NCBI GenBank assembly: GCA_963737905.1
Contig: CAVTUQ010000008.1
Location: 160,001-224,000 of the forward strand
Length of the DNA: 64,000 nucleotides
Direction: 5' to 3'
Origin: an uncultured delta proteobacterium
Lineage (GTDB): Bacteria; Desulfobacterota; Binatia; UBA9968
In this document: positions 8,787-18,701 of the stretch, in pieces
Layout: each line of letters begins with the position of its first letter
Position numbering within the stretch: the stretch's first letter is position 1
The notes under the pieces: model-generated
Told to the model about the DNA's origin: nothing
Databases searched by the model: none
What the model saw: the letters and a program-made list of their open reading frames with translations, nothing else
Program-made: the position numbers and the translations under genes

Positions 8787-10781
8787 ATGATTCCGACAAG
8801 GCCGCTGCTGTTTCTGTTCTTGAGCCATATTTTGGTCCCAATACCTTCAGCCATTGGGCAGACACTCAACGATCCTAAGCTTCACGTTCGAGAGTTAGTC
8901 TCCGGGCTAGTTGAGCCGACGGCGCTGGCTTTTATCGCTCCAGGGGACATCTTAGTACTGCAGAAAAGCGACGGTCGTGTGCGGCGTGTCATAAACGGAG
9001 TGCTTCAACCTGGTCAGGTCCTCGATGTGGCAGTTGACAGTCTGTCCGAGCGCGGACTTGTAGGAATAGCTCTCCATCCAGAATTTCCGGCAACCCCTTT
9101 TGTCTATCTCTACTATACCCAGAGCAGCACGGCAGGTGATACCTCAGGCTCTCCTTTGGCAAATCGCGTCTATCGTTATACATGGAATGGGAGCGCTTTG
9201 GTTAGTCCTAGTTTGATCTTGGATCTGCCGGCGATGCCTGGTCCAAACCATAATGGTGGCACCATGAATTTTGGTCCTGACGGCAAGCTTTATGTCGTGA
9301 TCGGTGAACTGAACCGTGACGGGCAGTTGCAAAACTTTTCCACCGGTCCGGCGCCGGACGACACGGGTGTGATCTTTCGGGTCAATGATGATGGCAGTAC
9401 TCCTAACGATAACCCTTTCTTCGCTCTCGGAGGAAATTTGGCAAGGTATTACGCCTATGGAATTCGCAACGGCTTTGGCCTCGCTTTCGATCCGCTCACT
9501 GGCGAACTGTGGGACACAGAGAACGGGCCAGACAATTACGATGAGATAAACCTCGTACTCCCCGGCTTCAATAGCGGATGGGAGCAAATCATGGGGCCGG
9601 ACTCACGAGATCCTCAAGGCGTTGGGAATCTGGTTCAATTCTCTGGATCGCACTACGCTGACCCGAAGTTTTCGTGGTTGGACACCGTAGGGCCCACAGC
9701 CTTAGTGTTTTTAGACTCTGCGCGATTGGGCGCTGAATACCAAAATGATCTCTTTGTAGGAGATATCAAAAATGGGAATCTATATCGGTTTAGGGTGAAT
9801 GCCGCGCGGGATGGGTTTGATTTTACAAGCCCGGGACTTTCAGATTTGGTGGCTGACAGCAATGTGGAGTTTCAAGAAGTTCTGCTGGGCACAGGATTCG
9901 GTGGCATCACAGATCTAAAACTTGGGCCTGATGGTTTACTTTATGTCTTGTCGTTCGGGCTAGGCAAAATCTTCGTAATCTCGGGTCAGCCAACCGCCGT
10001 TGACTTTGACGGAGACGGTGAGAGTGACATTGGAGTGTATCGGAACGGAGGCTGGTTCATTCTTCGGTCTTCGGACGGTGGAGCGACAATAAGGGGATGG
10101 GGAGGGTTGGTTCAGGATCTCTCGATGCCAGCGGACTATGACGGGGACGGAAAGGCGGACATCGCGGTGTACCGAGGCGGGTTGTGGTTGATTCTTCGTT
10201 CGTCGGATGGAGGGGTGACGGTGACGGGCTGGGGGGGAGGACAGGACGTGGCTGTGCCGGCGGACTATGACGGGGACGGAAAGGCGGACATCGCGGTGTA
10301 CCGAGGCGGGTTGTGGTTGATTCTTCGTTCGTCGGATGGAGGGGTGACGGTGACGGGCTGGGGGGGAGGACAGGACGTGGCTGTGCCGGCGGACTATGAC
10401 GGGGACGGAAAGGCGGACATCGCGGTGTACCGAGGCGGGTTGTGGTTGATTCTTCGTTCGTCGGATGGAGGGGTGACGGTGACGGGCTGGGGGGGAGGAC
10501 AGGACGTGGTTGTGCCGGCGGACTATGACGGGGACGGAAAGGCGGACATCGCGGTGTACCGAGGCGGGTTGTGGTTGATTCTTCGTTCGTCGGATGGAGG
10601 GGTGACGGTGACGGGCTGGGGGGGAGGACAGGACGTGGTTGTGCCGGCGGACTATGACGGGGACGGAAAGGCGGACATCGCGGTGTACCGAGGCGGGTTG
10701 TGGTTGATTCTTCGTTCGTCGGATGGAGGGGTGACGGTGACGGGCTGGGGAGGATTGCCCGCGGATATTCCCCTTAGCTAG
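8787..10781 (+). CDS. Secreted PQQ-dependent sugar (glucose/sorbosone) dehydrogenase family protein with C-terminal FG-GAP-like module
   Basis: Signal peptide. Motifs ERGLVGIALHPEF, NHNGGTMNFGPDGKLY and YAYGIRNGFGLAFDP...WDTENGPDNYDEIN. Six FG-GAP repeats. Confidence 0.9.
   Translation: MIPTRPLLFLFLSHILVPIPSAIGQTLNDPKLHVRELVSGLVEPTALAFIAPGDILVLQKSDGRVRRVINGVLQPGQVLDVAVDSLSERGLVGIALHPEFPATPFVYLYYTQSSTAGDTSGSPLANRVYRYTWNGSALVSPSLILDLPAMPGPNHNGGTMNFGPDGKLYVVIGELNRDGQLQNFSTGPAPDDTGVIFRVNDDGSTPNDNPFFALGGNLARYYAYGIRNGFGLAFDPLTGELWDTENGPDNYDEINLVLPGFNSGWEQIMGPDSRDPQGVGNLVQFSGSHYADPKFSWLDTVGPTALVFLDSARLGAEYQNDLFVGDIKNGNLYRFRVNAARDGFDFTSPGLSDLVADSNVEFQEVLLGTGFGGITDLKLGPDGLLYVLSFGLGKIFVISGQPTAVDFDGDGESDIGVYRNGGWFILRSSDGGATIRGWGGLVQDLSMPADYDGDGKADIAVYRGGLWLILRSSDGGVTVTGWGGGQDVAVPADYDGDGKADIAVYRGGLWLILRSSDGGVTVTGWGGGQDVAVPADYDGDGKADIAVYRGGLWLILRSSDGGVTVTGWGGGQDVVVPADYDGDGKADIAVYRGGLWLILRSSDGGVTVTGWGGGQDVVVPADYDGDGKADIAVYRGGLWLILRSSDGGVTVTGWGGLPADIPLS
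10131..10753 (+). repeat. ~4.8 copies of a near-identical 129-nt coding repeat; each full copy has a G7 tract
   Basis: gcggactatgacggggacggaaagg at 10131, 10260, 10389, 10518 and 10647. Full copies differ only by gct/gtt (A/V). Confidence 0.95.
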
Positions 10782-10817
10782 ATAGCGAGATCAAGACGTC
10801 TGGAAAACTGGAAAGCG

Positions 10818-13800
10818 GTGAAACAATTATTAAGTGAGATGCTCGTTTTGAATACTGGATGGAAGAAAATTTCCTTCCTGAAGGTTGGAGAAATCTGGCG
10901 TCAGAAAGCCTATCATTCAATTCCTCTCAGTGGTTTAATCCCCGTCTCTCAAACCACAACCAAACTAACACCCGAGGAAAGTATCCGATGGACGCCCGAT
11001 GGTCAAATCGGAGCGAGGTCGAAGAATGCTCTGTACATGCATCCAAGTTGTTCGATTTCTTATCGCCTTTATATCCCAGCGAGAGCGAAGTTCTCATCTG
11101 ATATCGCTCTAACCTCTGATGTTTTGGAAAAGAATCGACACGGTGTTGTTTTTCGAGTGGAGGTATTGGACGGCGACGCTAAAGTTAAAATCAAGCGGAC
11201 GAAGCTGATCCATCCAAAAAGTTTCCATCGACATGGAAAATGGAATAAATTCAAGTTGGGATTACATCGCCTGGCCAACCGAGAGGTTCAGATTGTTCTC
11301 TCTATCTCTATTGTTGATCATAAGAATCCATCTCAAGCGTTGGCAATCTGGGGAGATCCAACGGTTTTGTTTCGTGCGTCCTTCGCCAATCTCATCGACC
11401 TTGCGAGGAACAAGTTAAGGGCCCACGGATTCGTCGGAACTATCAAAAAGATTATTTTTGGCGTTCCAGCCGGAGCTTCTCTCTCCGAGGGAAGCTCCGA
11501 GTTAGGAACAACGTTTTCAGAGACCATTTTTGAGAAGACTCGCCGAGATCGTTATCTGACGGAACTTTTTGCTCGATCCTCTGGGCCGCGCTCCGACTAT
11601 TTCCCGATCAGGAAGGAAGATGTTGAAGTCACGGAACCGCAAGTCAAATTGATCGCATTTTATCTCCCGCAATTTCATCCCATTCCTGAAAATGATGAAT
11701 GGTGGGGAAAGGGGTTCACAGAATGGACCCACGTCGCAAGGGCGGTTCCGCAGTTTCTGGGGCACTACCAGCCGCGGTTACCGGACGAGCTCGGTTTCTA
11801 CGATCTTCGCCTTATAGACGTTCAGAGGCGCCAGGTAGAGCTTGCCAGAAAATACGGTATTTTTGGTTTCTGTTTTCATTACTACTGGTTTGGTGGAAAG
11901 CGTCTTCTTGACCTGCCTCTAAAGCAGTTCCTTGATAATCCCGATATTGATTTTCCGTTTTGCCTCTGCTGGGCAAACGAGAACTGGACCAGGAGATGGG
12001 ATGGATTGGACAACGAGGTGCTCATCGCTCAAGCTCACTCCCCGCAAGATGACCTCGCATTCATTGAGAGTGTGGAGCCCATGCTTGGCGATAAGCGATA
12101 TATCACGGTCAACGGTCGACCGTTGTTGATCGTATACCGACCGTCTTTACTTCCCAATCCACGGCAGACCGTTCAAAGATGGCGTGACTACGCGGCGAAA
12201 AGTAAGTTCGGCGGTCTATATCTCGTTGCAGTACAGGCCTTTGAAACTGTCGATCCGAGACCACTTGGCTTTGATGCGGCGGTAGAGTTTCCGCCGCACA
12301 AGTTAGCAGAGGGCGCGCCTGTGCTGAATAAGCAGATGGAGGTCGTTAACTCCGGGTACCAAGGGGTGATTTCTGACTACTCGTATATGGTTGAGTCAGC
12401 GAAGAAGATTCATCGCTCGGACTTTACCTTGTTCAGAGGGGTTTGTCCTTCATGGGACAACGACGCAAGGAAGCCTGGAAGGGGTATAACCTACCAGAAT
12501 TCAACCCCGGCACTCTACCAGGAATGGCTTGCTGAGGCCTGTAGGTATACCGCTAGGGAACCCGATCCAGATAAACGGATGGTATTCATCAATGCTTGGA
12601 ATGAATGGAGTGAAGGCGCTTACCTGGAGCCGGACAGGAGATACGGATACGCTTATCTTCAGGCGACCGCGAATGCTTTAGAGAGATTCGCCAACTCTCA
12701 AGTTCAAAGAGGCCTACACGTTATCTTTGTGTCTCATGACGCAGCCAATGCAGGAGCCCAGCGCTTGTTGATTACCCTGATCGAGTGGCTCCGTGACAAC
12801 AAAGGTATACAACCCAAGATTATTTTAAGGCAGGGTGGGCCTTTGGTTGCGGAGTTCTACAGACTTGGCCCGGTCTTGGAAATGGATACGATTTCGTTTA
12901 ACACCAAACGAACTAAGGAAAAACTAGTTCGCTTTTGCGGTCAGTCAAACTCTCTAATTTATGTCAATACGCTTGTACCCGGTGATGTAGCCGAGCAGCT
13001 TGCCAGCTTGGACATTCCGATCATCACCCACGTGCATGAATTGGAAAACGCGATAAAGCGGTGGTGCGTCAAAGAACATCTCGAGGCGCTGGTTAGGCTA
13101 ACCGATCACTTTATCGCAGCTTCACCGCCAGTAGCAAGAAATTTAGAGAATGCTCATGATGTAGACCCCGCGAGAATAACGACGATCTATGAGTACATCG
13201 CGTGCCAAATGCAAAGTGCGGCTCGCCTCGACAGGGCTGCCATAAGAAAACAAAAAGGACTGCCCAAATCGGGATTTATCATCTTTGGGTGCGGTACTAC
13301 GGATTGGAGAAAGGCGCCTGACTTATTCATTGAAGTGGCCGATCAGGCCAAAAAGTTAGGCCTAGAAGACGCTTATTTTCTTTGGATCGGAGTCGATACT
13401 GGGGAAGTTCAAGAACTCGAAGGAAGAGTTCGCAGACTGGGTCTCGAAAATCGTGTGCGTTTTCTCGGAGAAGCTTCGGATGCTCGGAGCTATTTTGCGG
13501 CGGGGGACTTGTTTCTCTTGACCTCTCGAGAAGATCCTTTTCCGCTCGTTTGCTTGGAAGCAGCCGATTGCGGATTGCCCATTATCTGTTTCGATAAGGC
13601 TGGAGGTATGCCGGACTTTGTTCAGGACGACGCAGGATACGTTGTCCCATTCGAAGATACAAAGGCGATGGCAGAAAAACTCATGGTCCTCTGTTTTAAT
13701 CGGGAAGAAAGAGTCCGGCGGGGAGCGGTTGCTTGCGAGAGGGTCCGAGCTCGTCATGATATATGGATCGCGGGCGAAGAGATTTTTCGCATTATTGACA

Positions 13801-13835
13801 AATTTGCTGTCAAGCGAGGTCAGGAAAATGTTTAG
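10818..13835 (+). CDS. Multidomain glycan synthesis protein: beta-sandwich-like N-terminus, WbsX/GH99-like domain and GT4 domain
   Basis: IAFYLPQFHPIPENDEWWGKGFTEW, FCLCWANENWTRRWDG and FINAWNEWSEGAYLEPD (WbsX-like). VSHDA..GAQ and LTSREDPFPLVCLEAA (GT4). Start codon uncertain. Confidence 0.9.
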   Translation: MKQLLSEMLVLNTGWKKISFLKVGEIWRQKAYHSIPLSGLIPVSQTTTKLTPEESIRWTPDGQIGARSKNALYMHPSCSISYRLYIPARAKFSSDIALTSDVLEKNRHGVVFRVEVLDGDAKVKIKRTKLIHPKSFHRHGKWNKFKLGLHRLANREVQIVLSISIVDHKNPSQALAIWGDPTVLFRASFANLIDLARNKLRAHGFVGTIKKIIFGVPAGASLSEGSSELGTTFSETIFEKTRRDRYLTELFARSSGPRSDYFPIRKEDVEVTEPQVKLIAFYLPQFHPIPENDEWWGKGFTEWTHVARAVPQFLGHYQPRLPDELGFYDLRLIDVQRRQVELARKYGIFGFCFHYYWFGGKRLLDLPLKQFLDNPDIDFPFCLCWANENWTRRWDGLDNEVLIAQAHSPQDDLAFIESVEPMLGDKRYITVNGRPLLIVYRPSLLPNPRQTVQRWRDYAAKSKFGGLYLVAVQAFETVDPRPLGFDAAVEFPPHKLAEGAPVLNKQMEVVNSGYQGVISDYSYMVESAKKIHRSDFTLFRGVCPSWDNDARKPGRGITYQNSTPALYQEWLAEACRYTAREPDPDKRMVFINAWNEWSEGAYLEPDRRYGYAYLQATANALERFANSQVQRGLHVIFVSHDAANAGAQRLLITLIEWLRDNKGIQPKIILRQGGPLVAEFYRLGPVLEMDTISFNTKRTKEKLVRFCGQSNSLIYVNTLVPGDVAEQLASLDIPIITHVHELENAIKRWCVKEHLEALVRLTDHFIAASPPVARNLENAHDVDPARITTIYEYIACQMQSAARLDRAAIRKQKGLPKSGFIIFGCGTTDWRKAPDLFIEVADQAKKLGLEDAYFLWIGVDTGEVQELEGRVRRLGLENRVRFLGEASDARSYFAAGDLFLLTSREDPFPLVCLEAADCGLPIICFDKAGGMPDFVQDDAGYVVPFEDTKAMAEKLMVLCFNREERVRRGAVACERVRARHDIWIAGEEIFRIIDKFAVKRGQENV

Positions 13836-14706
13836 CCGAGCAGATTTCATGCCACAGCGGCTCGGCATGACACCGAGTCCTAAGGTCTCAGTGGTTGTCC
13901 CGAACTACAATCACGCGCTTTATCTTCAGCAGCGATTGGATTCTATCATCAACCAGGAGTTTCAGGATTTTGAAATGATCGTTTTGGATGATGCTTCAAC
14001 GGACAACAGCAGGGAAATCATCCAATCCTATTCGCGCTATCCGGCGTTTCGATTTTTGTTTAAACGAAACCCGCAGCGGATCCGCGTTCAAGCAATGGCA
14101 GAAGGGTTTGGCAAGTGCCCGGGGAGAATATATATGGTTTGCCGAGTCCGATGACTGCTCTTCTCCCTATTTCTTAAGTCAGTTGTTACCCATACTTGAA
14201 AGCGATAAGTCTCTCGGGCTGGTCTATTGTCAGTCCTATCTAGTTGACCCGAGCAGTAGAGTCTTTGGAGATGCTGTGCAGTGGACGGATGATCTAGATC
14301 GCTTTCGTTGGCGGAGTAATTTTAAAAATAGCGGACGGGCGGAGGTCCTCGATTACTTATCGAAAAAGAACACCATTCCGAATGCTAGCGCGGTTCTGAT
14401 TCGAACCCGCGTGCTAAAATCGATCGATCGAATGGACGATGGTTATAAATTATGCGGCGACTGGCTTATGTGGATCAAGATACTGCTGCAATCCAATATC
14501 GGGTATGTGGCGAAGAAGCTAAATTACTGGAGGCAGTACTCATCGAATGCTCGGACTCAGGCGCCGGTGTTATGGAATCGAACGAGGGACCACGAATCAT
14601 AAACTATTTGGCTACAGAGCTGGGATTATCCGAATCGAAAAGAGATCAGATGCTAGCGGATTTCGTCACGCGCTGTTCTGAATGGATGAGGGAGGCGCAG
14701 TGTTGA
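13828..14706 (+). pseudogene. GT2 glycosyltransferase interrupted by two frameshifts
   Basis: VSVVVPNYNHA...LDDASTDNS in the first frame. After ~14063 it continues as NETRSGSAFKQWQKG...WFAESDD...IPNASAV. An apparent second shift lies at ~14560. Sequencing error is possible. Confidence 0.75.
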
Positions 14707-14725
14707 AATCCTGCGTCCGATTTGC

Positions 14726-15131
14726 CTATTCCTGGTAAAAGCTATCTCCTCGGCTCATTCCCTGTCCCAGCCCCGGGAGATGGAGGGCGCGCTTGAGGCG
14801 GAACCAGTGGCGGCGCAGTTTCCAAAACTTGCTGCTTTCCATGCCAGCGATGCGGCAGCGGGCCAGGTCAAGGTCGGACCGTGCCTGTGAGAGGTCATCC
14901 CGGACCGGCCGAAGGTCTGCCTCGACTTTTTGGAGGTGGTTCACTGTTCCAAGAGCGAAGTCTGACAGTTGGAAGAAAGCTCGGTCAACACGAGGACGGT
15001 CGTTTTGCCAGCGCGATCGAAGATGAGCCCAACCAGCAGCCCAGATCAACAATGGCACCCTGACCCGCATACTCCTTGAACGCAAAAGTGCGGAGGTATT
15101 CCCTTTCCCGATCGGTCAGCATGCTATACAT
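14726..15131 (-). pseudogene. Internally deleted SAM methyltransferase with coiled-coil and ESSKFWKLR tail
   Basis: ATG 15131 gives MYSMLTDREREYLRTFAFKEYAGQGAIVDLGCWLGSSSIALA, homologous to the MT domain of 19861-22437. It is joined out of frame to ...DLDLARCRIAGMESSKFWKLRRHW. Confidence 0.7.
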
Positions 15132-15262
15132 GGATTATTTCTGGTCGTTCAGCAACCGTGGGTACACGGCGTCACTTACGAAAGTCAGACAAGAATATAA
15201 AATATCACCGTAGATCACCGGCCGCTAGCTCAAACGCCGGCGACCATCACGATCCGAGTGGC

Positions 15263-17572
15263 TCATTCAATTGCCGACCTCGAGAGGCCGAGTGCGCGCT
15301 GAAAGCGGAACCATATGCGGCGCAGCTTCCAGAACTTGCTGCTTTCCATGCCGGCGATCCGACAACGAGCCCAGTTCAGCTCGGTCTGCAACCGGAGCAT
15401 CTCGGCAGCCGATGTGGGAGACTGTAGGTGCTGCAAGGCCGCCAGCAGCATATGAAGCTGCCGTCTTGACCACCGCGACGGGGGTATCTGGGCCAGAAAC
15501 TGACGCATCCGGTATTGGCGTTTCAATCGCGATGCGTGGTCCGAGTCGCCAGTCGTTGACGCCGCTCGCCGGCGCTCACCCAGCGGATACGGATAGTAGG
15601 CTATGCGCTCCCCTGTGGCCATCGCGGCCCATATGATCTCATCGCCTTCTGCGTCGGCGTCTACGTCTTCCAGATATGGAAACTCTCGCAAAAACTTGAG
15701 GGAGACCAGCAAAAATCCCCTAGCGCTTCCGCCTTCGCGGATAAGTCCCGGTACGTATGTGCCGACGGGACTCGTGATTGTTTCGCTGGTATCGTGCCGG
15801 AGTTCAGCGGAGCAGACGATAGCGGTTCCAGTATCCGTCGCCATCATCGATAGTTTCTCTAAGGCAAAGGGCGCGAGGATACTATCCGCATCAATAGTCA
15901 GTAGATAGTCGCCGCCGGCGTGTCCAGCCAGTAAATTTCTAGCGGCTCCTGTGGACAAAACGCGCTCTGGCCGAAGACAACGATACTGCTGAAAGGTGGC
16001 TGACCAAGCAACCACACTCTCTTGGCCGTTGCTCACGTCCCGGTTGTCGAGGAGCAATACCTCCATAGGCGAGCAATGTTGAGCTTTAATGCTATTAACG
16101 GTATCCAGGAAGTGGCGGTGCCGCTCGTTCCAAATAATACCGATCGTAATTCGTGGTCTTTTTGCGACAGTGAGCGCGGTGTGGTTGAGGGCGTCCCGGA
16201 TGTAGCCTAGCTTGCGAGCCAGGAGGGCTCGGTTGATCTCGACTACCTCCCGCTGAGTGGGAGCTTTCGGAGGCTTCCCCCGTGTCTCCAGCGCCCGGGC
16301 AATCGCATCCGATAGGGCACGCGGGTTCTTCGGCTCAAACCAATAGAGGCCGTATGATCGTCCGATAAGGTCGAGAGTTTCGCGAAATCCACCGGTATCT
16401 GATACCACCAACTGTAGCGGAAGCTGACCCATTTCCAGCGCGCTGTTCGGGAAGTTCTCCTGCGGGCTGGTCAGGCAGACCACGGGGCTTTCCAGGCTAT
16501 TCACGTAGCGGATCGCATCGACGCTATACAGATCCGATAGGATGATGTACGGCACGACCCCCGATAACTCGCGGTCGAGATAACCTCGGCTATCCAGGTG
16601 CCGCAACGACGCCGAGTAAAGCGGTACGACCTTTCCAACAAAGACCACTTCTATTTCCCGCTGGAGTTGAGGTTCAAGGGTCTTCACGGCCTCGACGAAG
16701 GTGCAAAGGCCTTTACGCTCTTCAAGTCGACCGAAAAATATCAATGGAATCCGGTGCTCGGCCACCTTGGGTAGATCACTACGGACAGGGCCGGATAAGT
16801 CGATCAGGGGGACGAAGTAAGGCATGTGGACTGCATGGCCTGTGTTCCACCCAAAAGCCCCCATTTTATTTTTGAGGAAGTGCGACGGGAAGAAGACCAG
16901 GTCGGCATTTTCGAACGAGGCCCTCTCGTAGAAGCACACCTGCCATAGCGGGCCTGGGTCTTCAGCCGTGTACTTCTCGTTTGCCTCGAAGACCCACTCG
17001 TGACCGCTGTGCATAGTAACCGCTGTGACACAAGTGGGGCCGATAAGACCGGAGCGTTTCCCCTGGATGGTACGATGGCCGGTGCCCATCATTTCCGGGA
17101 ACTCAATGTAAATGGGCGTGTCAGGGAAGCAATCCGTTATCGCCTGGGCGAAGAAAAGTGAGCAGAGTCCCTCATAATCATAGTAGTCGTTGCGACTCTC
17201 GGCGAGGAGGCGCTCGTGGACCGACTGTAACTCCAGCACATCCCGAGCCTCCTTGGTTGAAAAGACATGCTTGACGGCGGCCAGTTCCGAGCGCCCCCCG
17301 AATGTCCGGTCCGTATAGGTTAGTAGCAGAATGACATGCCAGCCATCTTCGGCCAGGTGTTGGCTCAATGTCCGATAATGGGTCCCCACCCCGCCGTTAT
17401 GAAAGATGCCTTCATATTCGCTGGAAACCAGGAGAGCTACGCGGTCCGGTTTGTCGCGGCGAAGTTGGTCCAATAGTCCACGGGTAAAGCTAACCTTAAA
17501 GTAAACGTCGGACTTGATCCAAGACGTCCACGTGGGCGTCGATGACGCGACCGAAGGCATATTATAGATCAC
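15263..17572 (-). CDS. Bifunctional GT4 + GT2-like glycosyltransferase with C-terminal ESSKFWKLR tail
   Basis: HNGGVGT, FFGRLEERKG and ENFPNSALE (GT4). ARNL...DYLLTIDADS (GT2). Confidence 0.85.
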   Translation of the reverse strand: MIYNMPSVASSTPTWTSWIKSDVYFKVSFTRGLLDQLRRDKPDRVALLVSSEYEGIFHNGGVGTHYRTLSQHLAEDGWHVILLLTYTDRTFGGRSELAAVKHVFSTKEARDVLELQSVHERLLAESRNDYYDYEGLCSLFFAQAITDCFPDTPIYIEFPEMMGTGHRTIQGKRSGLIGPTCVTAVTMHSGHEWVFEANEKYTAEDPGPLWQVCFYERASFENADLVFFPSHFLKNKMGAFGWNTGHAVHMPYFVPLIDLSGPVRSDLPKVAEHRIPLIFFGRLEERKGLCTFVEAVKTLEPQLQREIEVVFVGKVVPLYSASLRHLDSRGYLDRELSGVVPYIILSDLYSVDAIRYVNSLESPVVCLTSPQENFPNSALEMGQLPLQLVVSDTGGFRETLDLIGRSYGLYWFEPKNPRALSDAIARALETRGKPPKAPTQREVVEINRALLARKLGYIRDALNHTALTVAKRPRITIGIIWNERHRHFLDTVNSIKAQHCSPMEVLLLDNRDVSNGQESVVAWSATFQQYRCLRPERVLSTGAARNLLAGHAGGDYLLTIDADSILAPFALEKLSMMATDTGTAIVCSAELRHDTSETITSPVGTYVPGLIREGGSARGFLLVSLKFLREFPYLEDVDADAEGDEIIWAAMATGERIAYYPYPLGERRRAASTTGDSDHASRLKRQYRMRQFLAQIPPSRWSRRQLHMLLAALQHLQSPTSAAEMLRLQTELNWARCRIAGMESSKFWKLRRIWFRFQRALGLSRSAIE

Positions 17573-17809
17573 CCGCGATTGTCATTTGAGACAAAATACA
17601 TGTAAAAATGAGTGAGCGTATGGTTGCCAGCAGGGGTAACAATCCTTGCCCTGCTTAATAAGTACGTCGAAGCGAAATTATCTGAGAATAGGTCTCACTT
17701 CAACATGAATCTTGAGTGCCATGATGGTTTTCTAATCCAAGGCGCTGACAGTCATCGATCCGGCTGAAAGCGCTCCATTCAACGAAGACTTCGACATCTG
17801 GAAAGTACG

Positions 17810-18502
17810 ATGTTACGACGATTGCTCTCACCGTTCGTGAAACGGGCCGCGACAGAGGCCGCATCGCTGATGCCCATCGACCAGCAGTTCTTCACGCAAC
17901 TCATCGAAAAAACGGAAAACTTCGGCCGTCTCACGTGGCTGGGCACGCCTATCTGGCAGAACCTTCTCGACTTATGGACAATCCAGGAGACGATCTATGA
18001 GATACGACCAGCCCTTCTCCTCGAATGCGGAACGAATCGTGGAGGATCGTCCTATTTTTTTGCTACTCTCTTCGACCTGATGGACCACGGGCGGGTCATT
18101 ACTATTGATATCGAAAAACTGCACGATCTGTCCCACCCGCGCATCACATACTTACTCGGTGGTTCGGTGGCGCCAGAGATCCTGGAACAGATCGCATCGG
18201 CGGCGAACGCGACCTCGGGTCCTATCATGGTGCTGTTGGACAGTGACCACAACGAATTACATGTTCGACATGAGATGGAAGCCTACCATCGCTTCGTAAC
18301 TCCAGGGAGTTTTCTCCTAGTACAAGATGGCGTCATCGATACGCTGCCGATCTTCGCTGCCGGAAGGCCGGGGCCGCTGCCAGCGATTGAGGGATTTCTG
18401 AAAGCGCACCCGGAGTTCGAGGTGGATACGGAACGCTGCACCCGATTCTTGATCACGCATTCCCCCAAGGGTTGGCTTCGCCGCCGGCATCTGCCGAGTT
18501 GA
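17810..18502 (+). CDS. CmcI (cephalosporin hydroxylase) / rhamnosyl O-methyltransferase family protein
   Basis: TWLGTPIWQNLLDLWTIQE, ECGTNRGGS, VLLDSDH, VTPGSFLLVQDG and THSPKGWLRR. Confidence 0.85.
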   Translation: MLRRLLSPFVKRAATEAASLMPIDQQFFTQLIEKTENFGRLTWLGTPIWQNLLDLWTIQETIYEIRPALLLECGTNRGGSSYFFATLFDLMDHGRVITIDIEKLHDLSHPRITYLLGGSVAPEILEQIASAANATSGPIMVLLDSDHNELHVRHEMEAYHRFVTPGSFLLVQDGVIDTLPIFAAGRPGPLPAIEGFLKAHPEFEVDTERCTRFLITHSPKGWLRRRHLPS

Positions 18503-18701
18503 ACCGCACGCGCCTGGTCATGAGAAAAAATTCAAAAATCATTAAAATTGTGAATTTGGCTCCAACGAAATCAAATACTTGCAACTGTTGTTTTCGCAAA
18601 AAAGGATTTTTTCTCATGACCGCTGTTGCTGTGGTGGGAAGCAGCGCATTTCGAGTTGTGGGCTCACGCGCGAATTACCTTGACGTTTCAAAGAGGACCA
18701 T

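Noticed and set aside
10131-10753. Tandem repeats as a CRISPR array
   Set aside because: The units are contiguous in-frame 129-nt coding repeats without unique spacers, and no cas genes are present.
14059-14065. TTTAAAC as a programmed -1 frameshift site
   Set aside because: Restoring the GT2 needs a +1 shift, the heptamer is in the wrong phase, and a second lesion exists downstream.
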